Assembly (NCBI RefSeq): GCF_000940845.1
Contig: NZ_CP010341.1
Location: 780,001 to 812,000, forward strand
Length of the DNA: 32,000 nt
From: Propionibacterium freudenreichii subsp. freudenreichii
GTDB taxonomy: Bacteria; Actinomycetota; Actinomycetes; Propionibacteriales; Propionibacteriaceae
Direction of reading: 5' to 3'
Below are positions 9,075 through 20,834 of this stretch, piece by piece; the stretch's first letter is position 1, and every line of letters begins with the position of its first letter. The translations under genes and the position numbers were made by a program. Below the pieces are notes generated by a model. The model did no database searches. It was given only the letters and a program-made list of their open reading frames with translations, and was not told the origin of the DNA.

Positions 9075-10856
9075 TCAGGCGTCGGTGATCTCACAGAGCA
9101 CATCACCGCTGGCGACGGCGGTGCCGGCGGCCACCAGGTTGTGCACCACACCGGAACGGTGGGCAGCGATGGGCTGCTCCATCTTCATGGCCTCGAGCAC
9201 CAGCACGGTCTCACCCTCGTCGACGTGCTGGCCCTCCTGCACCGACGTCTTGACGATGGTGCCCTGCATGGGTGCGGTGAGCGCGTCGCCACTGACCTCG
9301 GCGATCTTCCCGCCGCCGCGACCACGCTTGGTGGGCTTGCGCAACTTGGACGACTTGGCGGGCCCGGCCTGCAGGCCTGCCGGAAGTGTCACCTCGAGGC
9401 GGCGGCCATTGACCTCCACCACGACGCTCTGGCGCTCAACCGGCTCCTCGGCCACGCCCAGATCGCCGGCGTAGGGCTCGATGTGGTTGTCGAATTCGGT
9501 TTCGATCCAGTCGGTGAACACGGCGAACTTGCCGTCCTCGGCGGTGAAGGCCGGATCGCGCACCACGGCCCGGTCGAAGGGCACCACGGTGGGCATGCCC
9601 TCCACGACCAGCTCGTCGAGCGCACGCCGCGCACGTTCCAGGGCCTCAACGCGGTCGGCGCCGTAGACCACCAGCTTCGCGACGAGTGAGTCGAAGGCGC
9701 CCGGCACGCTCATGCCGGCGTGGTAGCCCTCGTCCATGCGCACCCCGGACCCGCACGGCGGCTGGAACTTGGTGAGGGTGCCGGGGGCGGGCATGAAGTT
9801 GCGTCCCGGGTCCTCGGCGTTGATGCGGAATTCGAAGCTGTGGCCCTCAAGGCGGGGATCGGGGTAGTCGAGGTGGCCGCCGCAGGCGATACGGAACTGC
9901 TCGCGCACCAGGTCGACGCCGCTGACCTGCTCGGTCACCGGGTGCTCCACCTGCAGGCGGGTGTTCACCTCGAGGAAGCTGATCGTGCCGTCCAGGCCGA
10001 CGAGGAACTCACAGGTGGCGGCGCTGACATAGCCGGCCTCCTTGAGGATCGCCTTCGACGACGAATAGAGCTGGTCGAGCTGATCGTCGCTGAGGAAGGG
10101 CGCCGGTGCCTCCTCGACGAGCTTCTGGTGGCGGCGCTGCAATGAGCAGTCGCGGCTGGACACCACGACGACGTTGCCGTATTCGTCGGCCAGGCACTGG
10201 GTCTCCACGTGGCGGGGACGATCGAGGTAGCGCTCCACGAAGCATTCGCCGCGTCCGAAGGCCGTGATCGCCTCGCGGGTGGCGGATTCGAACTTCGCCG
10301 GGATCTCCTCCAGCGTGCGGGCCACCTTGAGGCCGCGGCCGCCGCCGCCGAATGCGGCCTTGATGGCAATCGGCAGCCCGTGTGTCTTGGCGAATTCGAT
10401 GATCTCATCGGCATTCTTGACCGGATCAGTGGTGCCGGGCACCTGCGGGGCGCCGACCTTCTGGGCGATGTGGCGCGCCGTCACCTTGTCACCGAGGGAT
10501 TCGATCGCTGCGGGCGGGGGCCCGATCCACACCATGCCGGCGTCCACGACGGCCTGCGCGAAGTTCGAGTTCTCGGACAGGAAGCCATACCCGGGGTGCA
10601 CCGCGTCGGCGCCGGAGCGCTTCGCGATGGCGATGATCTTGTCGATGTCCAGATAGGTCTCGGCCGGTGTGGCGCCGTTGAGCGCGAACGCCTCGTCGGC
10701 CATCTCGACGAACAGCGACGCAGAGTCGGCGTCGGCGTAGATGGCCACGCTTTCCAGCCCGGCATCCCTGGCGCCACGGATGATCCGCACCGCGATCTCG
10801 CCACGATTGGCAATGAGCACCTTCGTGATGGTGCGAGTGGTGTCGACAGCGACCAC
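9075..10856 (-). CDS. accA: Acetyl/propionyl-CoA carboxylase alpha subunit (biotin carboxylase + biotin carboxyl carrier domain)
   Basis: [16 protein letters not shown], the ATP-grasp motif [21 protein letters not shown], and the C-terminal biotinylation motif EAMKME. GTG start with AGGAGG 5 nt upstream. Confidence 0.95.
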   Translation of the reverse strand: MVAVDTTRTITKVLIANRGEIAVRIIRGARDAGLESVAIYADADSASLFVEMADEAFALNGATPAETYLDIDKIIAIAKRSGADAVHPGYGFLSENSNFAQAVVDAGMVWIGPPPAAIESLGDKVTARHIAQKVGAPQVPGTTDPVKNADEIIEFAKTHGLPIAIKAAFGGGGRGLKVARTLEEIPAKFESATREAITAFGRGECFVERYLDRPRHVETQCLADEYGNVVVVSSRDCSLQRRHQKLVEEAPAPFLSDDQLDQLYSSSKAILKEAGYVSAATCEFLVGLDGTISFLEVNTRLQVEHPVTEQVSGVDLVREQFRIACGGHLDYPDPRLEGHSFEFRINAEDPGRNFMPAPGTLTKFQPPCGSGVRMDEGYHAGMSVPGAFDSLVAKLVVYGADRVEALERARRALDELVVEGMPTVVPFDRAVVRDPAFTAEDGKFAVFTDWIETEFDNHIEPYAGDLGVAEEPVERQSVVVEVNGRRLEVTLPAGLQAGPAKSSKLRKPTKRGRGGGKIAEVSGDALTAPMQGTIVKTSVQEGQHVDEGETVLVLEAMKMEQPIAAHRSGVVHNLVAAGTAVASGDVLCEITDA

Positions 10857-11011
10857 AATTCCTCCTGAAGCAACCCCGTTGGGTTCCCCAAGGAGTCTAG
10901 GACACCGGGCCCCTCACGGGGCGTCGCCCCGCGCCGTCGAGATTGCCGGCGCCGGCATTTCCAGTTCCGGGATCCACGATGGGCAGGCCTCCGGCGTCGC
11001 CGGGGGTGGGG

Positions 11012-11827
11012 TCAGTGACGTCGCTGGCAGCGTCCGCACCAGAACAGGTGGCGTCCCTCAAGGGTGGTCTCGTGGATCGGCGAGCCGCACACCAGGCATG
11101 GCTGGTCGGCGCGACGGTAGACATAGACCTCGCCCCCATGGGCGTCGACGCGCGGCGGGCGCCCCAGCGCCTCGGGGGTGTGTTCGGGATAGACGGTGTC
11201 GATGCGCCCGTCACGGACCCCCAGGCGCATCAGCTGCACGAGGTCGTTCCACATCAGGTCGAAGCTCGCCCGGTGGAGCTTGTTGCCGGGGCACTGGGGG
11301 TCAATGCGATGACGGAACAGCACCTCGGCCCGGTAGATGTTGCCGACGCCGGCGAAGATCGCCTGGTTCATCAGCAGCGACGCGATGGGCTTGCCCGAGC
11401 GGTGCACCTTCGTCCAGGCCCGTTCGGGATCGGAGTCGCTGCGCAGCGGGTCGGCGCCCAACTTCTTGGTGGCGGCCGCCTCCTCGTCCTCGGAGATGAG
11501 CCGGCAGATCTGGGGCCCGCGCAGGTCTGCGGCCCAGGTGCCGTCATTGATGCGCACGCGCACCTGGCCCACCGGCGGCGCCAGCTCGGTGAACGACAGC
11601 TTGCCGATGAGCCCCAGGTGGATGTGCACGATGGGATCGGCAATCGGTGCGTCGAAGCGCACGAACAGGTGCTTGCCCCATGCCTGGGCCTGCACCAGGG
11701 TGCTGCCATCGATCAGTGCGGCCGACTCGGCGAAGCGGCCCTGCGGGGAGCTCACCTGCACCTGTTCGTCGGCGAACAGCTCATTGAATCGTGCGGCAAG
11801 TCCGTGCAGTACGTGTCCCTCAGGCAT
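11012..11827 (-). CDS. nei: Fpg/Nei-family DNA glycosylase (endonuclease VIII-like)
   Basis: Start at MPEGHVLH (catalytic Pro2 context). C-terminal zinc finger CLVCGSPI...WCGRCQ. The track start at 11950 adds 41 implausible residues. Confidence 0.85.
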   Translation of the reverse strand: MPEGHVLHGLAARFNELFADEQVQVSSPQGRFAESAALIDGSTLVQAQAWGKHLFVRFDAPIADPIVHIHLGLIGKLSFTELAPPVGQVRVRINDGTWAADLRGPQICRLISEDEEAAATKKLGADPLRSDSDPERAWTKVHRSGKPIASLLMNQAIFAGVGNIYRAEVLFRHRIDPQCPGNKLHRASFDLMWNDLVQLMRLGVRDGRIDTVYPEHTPEALGRPPRVDAHGGEVYVYRRADQPCLVCGSPIHETTLEGRHLFWCGRCQRRH

Positions 11828-11977
11828 GTCTTCAGGTTTACCTGACCGGACAACTGTCCACCGAAATGAGGATGGCACCGGTGGGGTCCGTCGGTTCCTG
11901 TCACCGTGGCGTCCACGGGTTCCGGCCCGGGGGAGGACCGGAACCCGCATGGTGGACGAGATGGCGCGCGGGCTGGG

Positions 11978-12193
11978 TCACGAGCGAGGTTCGGAGCTGC
12001 GCCGACGGCTGAGGTTGAACACCACGTAGGCCGTGTTGATAAGTGCACCCACCACCGGCAGTGCGACGGCAACTACCAGCATGAGGACCATGTGGATCCG
12101 ACTCACTGGATACCTGTAGCAGAACCACACCGAAAGCAGAACGGACAAGGCCCATCCGCAAAGAATCGCGACTTCTCCCACGGATAGACTCAT
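11978..12193 (-). CDS. Small two-TM membrane protein (71 aa), function unknown
   Basis: GAGGAG lies 7 nt upstream of the ATG. Two hydrophobic helices and a basic C-terminus (NLSRRRSSEPRS). GC3 is lower than in neighbouring genes. The LPVVGA segment is only faintly reminiscent of PLDc_N-type small proteins. Confidence 0.5.
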   Translation of the reverse strand: MSLSVGEVAILCGWALSVLLSVWFCYRYPVSRIHMVLMLVVAVALPVVGALINTAYVVFNLSRRRSSEPRS

Positions 12194-12473
12194 GATTCTG
12201 GCTCCTCATTTCTGGAAAGATTCATATTTTCCTGGGGGGATGGGAGATGTGCAACCGGGGGTCACGGCTCCAGTGTCTGACGCTGTCGGCCCAGGCGTCA
12301 AGGAATTCCAAGAGACTTGGCGGGATGCGGCGACGCCCGAGGGAGGCCGGAGGTGGATTCAAAGGGAATTGCTCTAATTCTCACGGGAGAATGAACGGCA
12401 TCGCATGGGGCGTGGAGGGCCGTGAGCGTTCGGCAGGCGGGCCATTTCCAGCCCCAGCACCTACGCTGGTGGC

Positions 12474-12953
12474 ATGCAAGCGAGTCATCCGTCCCGCAGT
12501 ACGCGTTGGTGCGCGCTGATCGCCGGATGCCTGGGGTCCGCCCTGGTGCTCAGCGCCTGCTCGGCCGGATCGGGTGGCTCCACGGCCCCGGCCTCCTCAA
12601 GCCGGGCCGCTTCCGCAGTGGCTTCGCCCATCTCGCAGGCACCGTCGGTCGACCCGTCGTCCCTGGGTGGGGTGACGCTGGCCTCCCTGGGCTTCGTCAA
12701 TGGTCCGCAGGGCTTTCGCGTGCCCGATGGCCTCGAACAACGTCAACGGGTTGACCAGACGAATGTGGTCACCCTCGTGGTGCCCGGTTCGCAGGGCCAA
12801 CAGCTCTACGACTACCTGCGCAACGCCCTCAGCTCGCTGGGATTCACCCTCACCGCCGGGAGCGGGGACTCCCTGATCTTTGATGCACCCGGCTGGGAAG
12901 GTGCGTTCACCATGGACGACCAGCTGGCCGGCCTCACGCTGCGTCACCTCTGA
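12474..12953 (+). CDS. Lipoprotein, function unknown
   Basis: Signal peptide with lipobox LVLSAC followed by the Ser/Gly-rich linker SAGSGGSTAPASS. 159 aa. Confidence 0.7.
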   Translation: MQASHPSRSTRWCALIAGCLGSALVLSACSAGSGGSTAPASSSRAASAVASPISQAPSVDPSSLGGVTLASLGFVNGPQGFRVPDGLEQRQRVDQTNVVTLVVPGSQGQQLYDYLRNALSSLGFTLTAGSGDSLIFDAPGWEGAFTMDDQLAGLTLRHL

Positions 12954-13043
12954 CGAGGTCGGCCCCAGAGCTTGGCCTTGACCCCGGCTCCAACAACCGG
13001 CCGGCAGGGCGCGTCGAAGCAGCCCGGACCACCAGCAACCGCG

Positions 13044-13544
13044 TCAGGCGTATTCGGGGTAGCGACCCGCCAGCACGACCTCGCGCGGGTTCTCCACGGC
13101 CACCCGGATGCGGCGCACCACCACCGGATCAATGTCGGCCGGCAGCGTGTCCACGCCGAACCAGCGCACTGCAGTGTTCTCCCGGTCGCCGGTGCCGGCC
13201 CGTCCACCGGTGACATGGCACCGGAAGACATGGTCGACGAAGGAGCACACGTCGCCGTTGGGATAGCGGATCGGGCCGAGCACGCCGGTCATCACCAGCC
13301 GCTCCACCTCCACGGCGAGCTCGGTCTCCTCGAGGCATTCGCGCACCGCGGTCTCCTCGGGGGCCTCGCCGGGCTCGACGATGCCGTCAATGGACGACCA
13401 CCGGCCCGAATCAGACCGCTTGCCGAGCAGCACCTGCTGGCCGGTGTCACCCGGGCGCAGCACGATGGCCGACGCGCCGATCAGCCACAGGGGATCATGC
13501 CCGATCGCTGCGCGCAGTCGCAGGACGAAGTCGGGAGTGGTCAT
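13044..13544 (-). CDS. NUDIX hydrolase
   Basis: Nudix box GIVEPGEAPEETAVRECLEETEL (G-x5-E-x7-REUxEE). Its start lies 3 nt downstream of the maf stop. Confidence 0.9.
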   Translation of the reverse strand: MTTPDFVLRLRAAIGHDPLWLIGASAIVLRPGDTGQQVLLGKRSDSGRWSSIDGIVEPGEAPEETAVRECLEETELAVEVERLVMTGVLGPIRYPNGDVCSFVDHVFRCHVTGGRAGTGDRENTAVRWFGVDTLPADIDPVVVRRIRVAVENPREVVLAGRYPEYA

Positions 13545-13547
13545 GGC

Positions 13548-14276
13548 CTATTCGCCCCGGTCGGCCGGTGCCCCGGGACCCTGCGGTGAGCCGGACTCGG
13601 CCGGTACGCCGGGTTTCGTGGCGGCGATGGCGCCGTGGCGTTCCTGCCACGCCTCACTCAGCGGGCGGTCCCACAGGCTGAACCAACTCACTCCCAGGTC
13701 GAGCAGCATCTGGCGCACCAGCGGCAACGAGATGCCCACGACATTGTGCGGATCGCCGTGCACGCCCATGACGAAGGGCCCACCCAGGGAGTCAATGGTG
13801 AAGCCGCCGGCCACGTTCTGTGGTTCGCCGGTGGCGGCATAGTCGGCGATCTCGGCATCCGTCAGGTCGGCGAAGTCGACGATCGTGGTGGCCACCCGCG
13901 TCTGCTCGTGTGCCATGCCATCGCGCAGCACGGCCACATAGTGGCCGGTGTGGATCACGCCCTGGCGCGAACGCATGCGGTACCAGCGCATCACGGCCTT
14001 CTCGGCGGTGCCGGGCTTGCCGACGATATTGCCCTCGATCTCGAGCATGGTGTCGCAGGCCAGCAGCACGACCGGTTCGTCCAGCAAGCCGCGTTCACGC
14101 AGCTGGCGGCGCACCGAGTTGCCCTTCTGCTCGGCCAGGCGGGCGGTGAGCTCGTCGATGCCCTCATCCATGTGGGCCGTCTCGTCGATGTCGGGGGAGA
14201 TGGCGATCGGTCGCAGGCCGGCGGAGTGCAGGGTGGCAAGCCGGGCGGGGGATGACGAACCGAGAACCAGTTTCAC
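13548..14276 (-). CDS. maf: Maf-like nucleoside triphosphate pyrophosphatase
   Basis: N-terminal KLVLGSSSPARLATL and the overall Maf pattern (ACDTML, GKPGTAE, GGFTIDSLG). It has a roughly 40-aa Pro/Gly-rich C-terminal extension. GTG start. Confidence 0.9.
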   Translation of the reverse strand: MKLVLGSSSPARLATLHSAGLRPIAISPDIDETAHMDEGIDELTARLAEQKGNSVRRQLRERGLLDEPVVLLACDTMLEIEGNIVGKPGTAEKAVMRWYRMRSRQGVIHTGHYVAVLRDGMAHEQTRVATTIVDFADLTDAEIADYAATGEPQNVAGGFTIDSLGGPFVMGVHGDPHNVVGISLPLVRQMLLDLGVSWFSLWDRPLSEAWQERHGAIAATKPGVPAESGSPQGPGAPADRGE

Positions 14277-14326
14277 GTCTTCAGCCTACTGTTCGCCCTA
14301 TGCACCCGACATCGGGACGCGACCGC

Positions 14327-14586
14327 TCAGCGCAGGCTGCCCCGCCAGCCCTCGTGGGCCGGGATGAGCGGCTGGCGCACCACCCGCCAGTAGGACTTCC
14401 AACCGCTGGGCACCTGACGGTCCTCGTTCTCATAGGGACCCGACTCGGCCGTGAGCGCGGCCAGCACGGCCGCCACGGCACCGAGTTCCTCGTCGGTGGG
14501 GTCGCCCTTGACCACCAGCGGCGCGCTGGGCGCCGACAACGGGCCCGACGGCCATCCGCCACCACTGGGGTGGCCCGACATGGTGC

Positions 14587-14590
<4 letters not shown>
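14327..14590 (-). CDS. Acyl-CoA carboxylase epsilon subunit
   Basis: 87-aa ORF with the characteristic [21 protein letters not shown] segment. Its GTG start overlaps the upstream carboxyltransferase stop (GTGA overlap at 14587-14590). Confidence 0.85.
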
Positions 14591-16161
<1,571 letters not shown>

Positions 16162-16292
16162 AGGGGGAACCTTAGTCGTGCCGAATCGGTGTGCGACACA
16201 TGTCCCGTAGCTCACACGCCCCGATGTCGGCGTGGCGCGCCAGCGGGTGTTTGCGTCGCTGCCGTGTCGGACGGTCGTGAAAGATTGGGGAC

Positions 16293-17639
16293 GTGATCGA
16301 CGACTCACGCCATGATCGGGACTTCATCGACGGAACAGAGGCGGTGGTGCGCCTGGGCTCGATGCTGCTCAGTGCCGGCACCGGCGCCTATCGGGTGAAG
16401 CATGCGATGGCGCGGGCTGCCGAGGCCATCGGCATGGACCGCCATGATGCGTCGGTGTCGCTGACCGAGATCATCACCACCACCCACAAGGGCGACAACT
16501 TCCGCACCGTGGTGCGGGAAGTGCCGCGGGTGGCCGTGGATGCCTCGCGGATCGGAGCGCTGGAACGCCTGGCGCGCGCCCTGCCCGACGGTTCCACCGC
16601 CCGCGAGCTCGAGGACCAGCTCGATCACATCGCACGCCATGTGCGCGGTCGGTGGCCGTGGTGGGTCAACATGCTCGCCGCCGGTATCGCGTGCGCCGCA
16701 TTCGCCGTGCTGAACCACTTCTCATTGACCGACGCGGTGCTGGTCTTCTTCGGGGCCGCCTGCGGCCAGGGCGTGCGTCGGGCGCTGGCCAAGCGTGGGA
16801 TCAACCAGTTCGGCACCGCGGCGCTGGCCGCTGCCACGGCCAGCTCGGTGTACCTGTTGCTCACGCTGGCCTGCCGCACGATCCCCTGGCATGTGCTCCA
16901 CGGCGTGGATGGCACGGGCTATGTGGCGGCCATCCTCTTCCTCATCCCGGGCTTCCCGATGATCACCTCGATCCTCGACATCGCCCGCCTCGACTTCACC
17001 GCCGGCCTGCCCCGGGCGTTCTACGCGTTGGCGATCATCCTGTCGGCGGGCGCCGCCGCCTGGGCCGTCTCGCTGGCCACCGGCCTGCAACCACTGGTGC
17101 CCGGCGCGGAGCTGACCGGCGTGCTGTGGTGGGTGGGCAATGCCGCCGCCACCTTCGTGGGCATCTGCGGATTCGCCGTGATGTTCAACTCCACGCGCAC
17201 GATGATGCTGCGCGCGGCGATCGCCGGGATGGTGGCAAATATGATGCGGCTCTACGCCCAGCGCATCGGCATGCCCACCCAGATGGCCAGTCTCGTGGGC
17301 GGATTCGTCGTCGGCATGCTGGCTTGGATGCTCGCCAAGAACAATGACCTGCCGCGCATCACCCTGTCGGTCCCCGGCGCAGTGATCATGGTGCCGGGCA
17401 CGTCGATGTACCGCACGATGTACTGGTTCAACGCCCACGACATCACCCAGTCACTGGCCTATGGCACCGACGCCCTGGTGGGGGTGATGGCGCTGGCTGC
17501 CGGGCTCGCCGTCGCGCGCATGTGCACCGATCCGGGCTGGACGATGGTGCGCTGGCGGCGCAGCCCACACGCCTTCCTCAGCAGTGACGCCGAATTCGCC
17601 AAGCGCGACATCGACTATTCGGCGCCCTCTGATGAGTGA
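16293..17639 (+). CDS. Threonine/serine exporter (ThrE) family membrane protein
   Basis: N-terminal DUF1212-like part ([25 protein letters not shown]) followed by about 10 TM segments (DUF3815-like C-terminal half). The exact start is uncertain (GTG 16293). Confidence 0.8.
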   Translation: MIDDSRHDRDFIDGTEAVVRLGSMLLSAGTGAYRVKHAMARAAEAIGMDRHDASVSLTEIITTTHKGDNFRTVVREVPRVAVDASRIGALERLARALPDGSTARELEDQLDHIARHVRGRWPWWVNMLAAGIACAAFAVLNHFSLTDAVLVFFGAACGQGVRRALAKRGINQFGTAALAAATASSVYLLLTLACRTIPWHVLHGVDGTGYVAAILFLIPGFPMITSILDIARLDFTAGLPRAFYALAIILSAGAAAWAVSLATGLQPLVPGAELTGVLWWVGNAAATFVGICGFAVMFNSTRTMMLRAAIAGMVANMMRLYAQRIGMPTQMASLVGGFVVGMLAWMLAKNNDLPRITLSVPGAVIMVPGTSMYRTMYWFNAHDITQSLAYGTDALVGVMALAAGLAVARMCTDPGWTMVRWRRSPHAFLSSDAEFAKRDIDYSAPSDE

Positions 17640-17746
17640 TGCTGATCGACCGGGTGGGTCCACCGACGCGAGTGGGATTGGTCGACCGGAGGGTTGGACG
17701 ACCGGGCGGCACTGGCCGACGCGCTGTCCGATGAGTCGGACCCGCC

Positions 17747-19223
17747 TCAGACCACCGGCATGTCGCGGCGTCGGTAGCCCACGAATCCAATCGCCACCAG
17801 CACCGCCGCAAGTGCGGTGATGACGAGCACGGGCGCCCAGGTCATCGGCTCCACCGGGAGCTTCGGCAGGTGGGCGAACGGGGAGGCCTTGAGCAGCCAG
17901 CCGGGGAACTTCAGCAGTGCCCCCAACTCGTCGACCACGACCACCCAGCCCAGGAATGCCCAGCCGAGCCAATCCAGGCGGGGAAGCCAGGCGAGTGCCA
18001 CGAAGGCCAGTGCCGTGAGCAGCCAGATGCCGGGCAGCCCGATGAGGGCGCCACTGAACACCCGCCGCCAGCCCCCACCGCCGGGTGAGGTGGTGTGCAG
18101 GGTGGCCGCCGTCGCGCCCAGCAGTGCCACCAGCACCGCCGAGCCGAGCACGGCCTGCACCAGATAGGACCCCGCGAACCTCGTCCTCGTCAGGGGAGTG
18201 GCCAGCAACTGTTCCAGGTGCCCCGAGCTCTCCTCGCTGCGCATCCGCAGCACCGTCGCAACGCCGTATGCGGCGGCACCGAGGGCGGCGAAGGCGCTGA
18301 TCAGCGTGAAGTAGAGGTCGTTGAGGTGGCCCACGCCTCCCATGGCGCGCAGCATCGCCTCGCCGTCGGCGTTGATCATGCCCTGCATGGAACCCGACAT
18401 GCCGCCGGCCAGTGCCCCGAAGATCACATAGCAGGCAAGCCAGGCGATGAATGATCCGCGTTGCAACCGCCAGGCAAGGGCGGCCGCACTGCCCATGAGA
18501 GTATGGGCCGTCCCGGCGCGTTCCGCGAACAGGCCGGCACCCAGGTCACGGTGCGACAGCAGCACGAAGGCGAGCGCCACGGTGGCGGCGAAGAAGGCAA
18601 GCGGCACCACCAGGGCCCAGGCATGGTTCCCGTCGTAGGGCCGCACCTGCTGTCCCCAGCCCAACGGCGACAGCCACGACAGCACGTGGGCGGGCCGGTT
18701 CCAGTAGACATCGCCGATCATGCGCAGCACGAAGGACAGCCCGATCGCCGAGAAGGCCCAGATGCCGCAGGTGCGGTTGTTGGCCGACAGCTGCACCGCG
18801 ACGGCCGTGATGCCGGTGAACGACAGGCCCACGCCGGCCAGCGCCAGTCCATAGAGCATTGAGCCGGCGGAGGGCCAGCCGCCGGCCCAGACGCACAGCC
18901 AGGTGACCAGCCCGCATGCCACCGACGTGGCACCGGCCAGGAGCACCGCGGCCGTCAGGGGCGCGTGGCGGGCGATCGGGGCGGAGCCGATCAGCTCCTG
19001 GCGTCCCGTCTCCTCCTCGGCGCGAGTATGGCGTCGCACCAGGGCCACCACCAGGAAGGCCAGGATGATGAAGTTGATCATCGCCATCTTCGTTGACCCG
19101 ACCCCGCCGACCGAACCGACATCGGAGATGTGGCCGTACATCGCCACGACGCCGGTTGAGGCGTTGGCCGCCGTATTGGCCGCCACCAGGTCGGCCGGAT
19201 GCGGATAGAGGCTGCCCATTGCC
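17747..19223 (-). pseudogene. ABC-2-type exporter permease, C-terminal 490 codons, separated from its 5' end by the ISL3 insertion
   Basis: Polytopic membrane ORF. Its first ATG (19217-19219) lies inside the target-site duplication. It is in frame with fragment 20663-20834 once the IS plus one duplication copy are removed. Confidence 0.85.
19216..19223. repeat. Target-site duplication of the ISL3 element (left copy, CCATTGCC)
   Basis: Identical 8-mer at 20663-20670, directly abutting both IS termini. The shared string is 9 nt (CCCATTGCC), so the boundary is ambiguous by 1 nt. Confidence 0.85.
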
Positions 19224-20662
19224 GGGTCTTCTCAGATGAGGGTGTAGGTCGGCCGGGCGCGTCGGTCCGCAGATAGACGTCGAGGTCTCCCGACGATGGA
19301 GGTTCCTACGCCATCCATCCGAAAGACCTCGACGTGTCCGACGCTACCCCGCCGGCCGGCTTCGGCCGCCCTGACCTGACCGCCTTCGCTCGACTCGACG
19401 GCCTCGGTCTGAGCGTGACCGGACAACGACTTGAACCGGATCGTGCGGTCCTCGCGTGCCGCGTGGTGGAACCAGATCAGTGGTGCCGACGGTGCGGCAG
19501 CGAAGGCGCTGCTCGTGACACCGTGATCCGGCGGTTGGCCCACGAGCCGCTGGGCTGGCGACCGACCGTGCTGGAAGTTGTAGTGCGCCGCTACCGCTGT
19601 GCCGACTGCGGACACGTGTGGCGCCAAGACACCAGCGCCGCGGCGGAGCCACGCGCGAAGCTCTCGCGCACCGGGCTGCGGTGGGCGCTGGAAGGGATCG
19701 TGGTCGCACACCTCACCGTCGCCCGTGTCGCCGAGGGACTCGGGGTCGCGTGGGACACCGCCAACAACGCGGTCCTGGCTGAAGGCAAGCGGCTGCTGAT
19801 CAACGACCCCACGCGGTTTGAGGGCGTGAAGGTCATTGGCGTCGATGAGCACGTCTGGCGCCACACCAGGCGTGGCGACAAGTACGTCACCGTGATCATC
19901 GACCTCACCCCGGTCCGCGATGGCGCCGGCCCAGCAAGGCTGCTGGACATGGTCGAGGGCCGGTCGAAGGCGGCGTTCAAGACCTGGCTCGCCGACCGCG
20001 ACGACGCCTTCCGTGACGCGGTCGAGGTGGTCGCGATGGACGGCTTCACCGGGTTCAAGACCGCCGCTGCAGAGGAGATCCCGGACGCGGTCACGGTGAT
20101 GGATCCCTTCCACGTCGTGCGCCTGGCCGGTGACGCCCTCGACAGGTGCCGGCGCCGGGTCCAACTCGCGATCCACGGGCACCGTGGGTTCAGGGACGAC
20201 CCGCTCTACAAGTCGCGGCGCACGCTGCACACCGGCGCGGACCTGCTCACCGACAAGCAGAGCGACAGGCTACGCGCGCTGTTCGTTGATGACGCTCACG
20301 TCGAGGTCGAGGCGACCTGGGGTGTCTACCAGCGCATGATCGCCGCCTATCGCCACGAGGACCGGCAACGTGGCCGCGAGCTCATGGAGAAGCTGATCAC
20401 CGACCTCAGCGCCGGCGTCCCCAAGGTGCTCACCGAGCTCACCACCCTGGGCCGGACCCTGAAGAAGCGAGCCGCTGACGTGCTCGCCTACTTCGAACGA
20501 CCCGGCACCAGCAACGGGCCGACCGAGGCGCTCAACGGACGGCTCGAACACCTGCGCGGCTCCGCACTCGGGTTCCGCAACCTGACCAACTACATCGCCC
20601 GAAGCCTGCTCGAGACCGGCGGCTTCAGACCCCAACTCCTACACCCCCGATTGGGATGAGCC
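19224..20662 (+). mobile_element. Complete ISL3-family insertion sequence (1439 bp)
   Basis: Imperfect 25-bp terminal inverted repeats: 19224-19248 GGGTCTTCTCAGATGAGGGTGTAGG against the reverse complement of 20638-20662 GGCTCATCCCAATCGGGGGTGTAGG (18/25). Flanking 8-bp direct repeat and a single transposase ORF. Confidence 0.9.
19334..20659 (+). CDS. ISL3-family transposase
   Basis: 441 aa. N-terminal zinc-finger CRRCG...CADCG, GVDEHVW, MDGFTGF and SNGPTEALNGRLEHLRG, as typical of ISL3 (DDE_Tnp_ISL3) by eye. Confidence 0.9.
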   Translation: MSDATPPAGFGRPDLTAFARLDGLGLSVTGQRLEPDRAVLACRVVEPDQWCRRCGSEGAARDTVIRRLAHEPLGWRPTVLEVVVRRYRCADCGHVWRQDTSAAAEPRAKLSRTGLRWALEGIVVAHLTVARVAEGLGVAWDTANNAVLAEGKRLLINDPTRFEGVKVIGVDEHVWRHTRRGDKYVTVIIDLTPVRDGAGPARLLDMVEGRSKAAFKTWLADRDDAFRDAVEVVAMDGFTGFKTAAAEEIPDAVTVMDPFHVVRLAGDALDRCRRRVQLAIHGHRGFRDDPLYKSRRTLHTGADLLTDKQSDRLRALFVDDAHVEVEATWGVYQRMIAAYRHEDRQRGRELMEKLITDLSAGVPKVLTELTTLGRTLKKRAADVLAYFERPGTSNGPTEALNGRLEHLRGSALGFRNLTNYIARSLLETGGFRPQLLHPRLG

Positions 20663-20670
20663 CCATTGCC
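20663..20670. repeat. Target-site duplication of the ISL3 element (right copy, CCATTGCC)
   Basis: Identical to 19216-19223. Confidence 0.85.
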
Positions 20671-20834
20671 TCGGCCGAGTAGTAGTTGAGCGCCCACACC
20701 AACACCAGCGTGACGGCGATGAGGATGCGGTCACGTCGCAATGCCAGCCGCAGCAGGCTGGCCACGCCGCTGCCCCGGCGCCGCGTGGCGTCCGCGCCCC
20801 GACCACGGCGCGTGGCGAATGTCTGCCTGCTCAC
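20663..20834 (-). pseudogene. ABC-2-type exporter permease, N-terminal 57-codon fragment (includes first TM helix)
   Basis: Its ATG at 20834 overlaps the ATPase stop (ATGA). The sequence MSRQTFATRRGRG...ILIAVTLVLVWALNYYSAEAM then runs into the IS right end. Confidence 0.85.

Noticed and set aside
8996-9151. Longer N-terminus for the 2H phosphoesterase ORF
   Set aside because: It would overlap the accA 3' end by 77 nt and begins with the implausible MWCTTWWPP sequence. The internal ATG at 8995 gives a typical 2H-family N-terminus.
17640-17746. Recurring TCGACCGG / GACCGGG strings between the convergent thrE and permease genes; considered as a mini repeat array
   Set aside because: Only 2-3 short imperfect copies with irregular spacing are present, with no spacer-repeat regularity and no stable hairpin. 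This is consistent with chance in GC-rich DNA.
19232-20230. 332-aa ORF antisense to the ISL3 transposase
   Set aside because: It lies wholly inside the transposase gene on the opposite strand and has no motifs. ISL3 elements are single-ORF elements.
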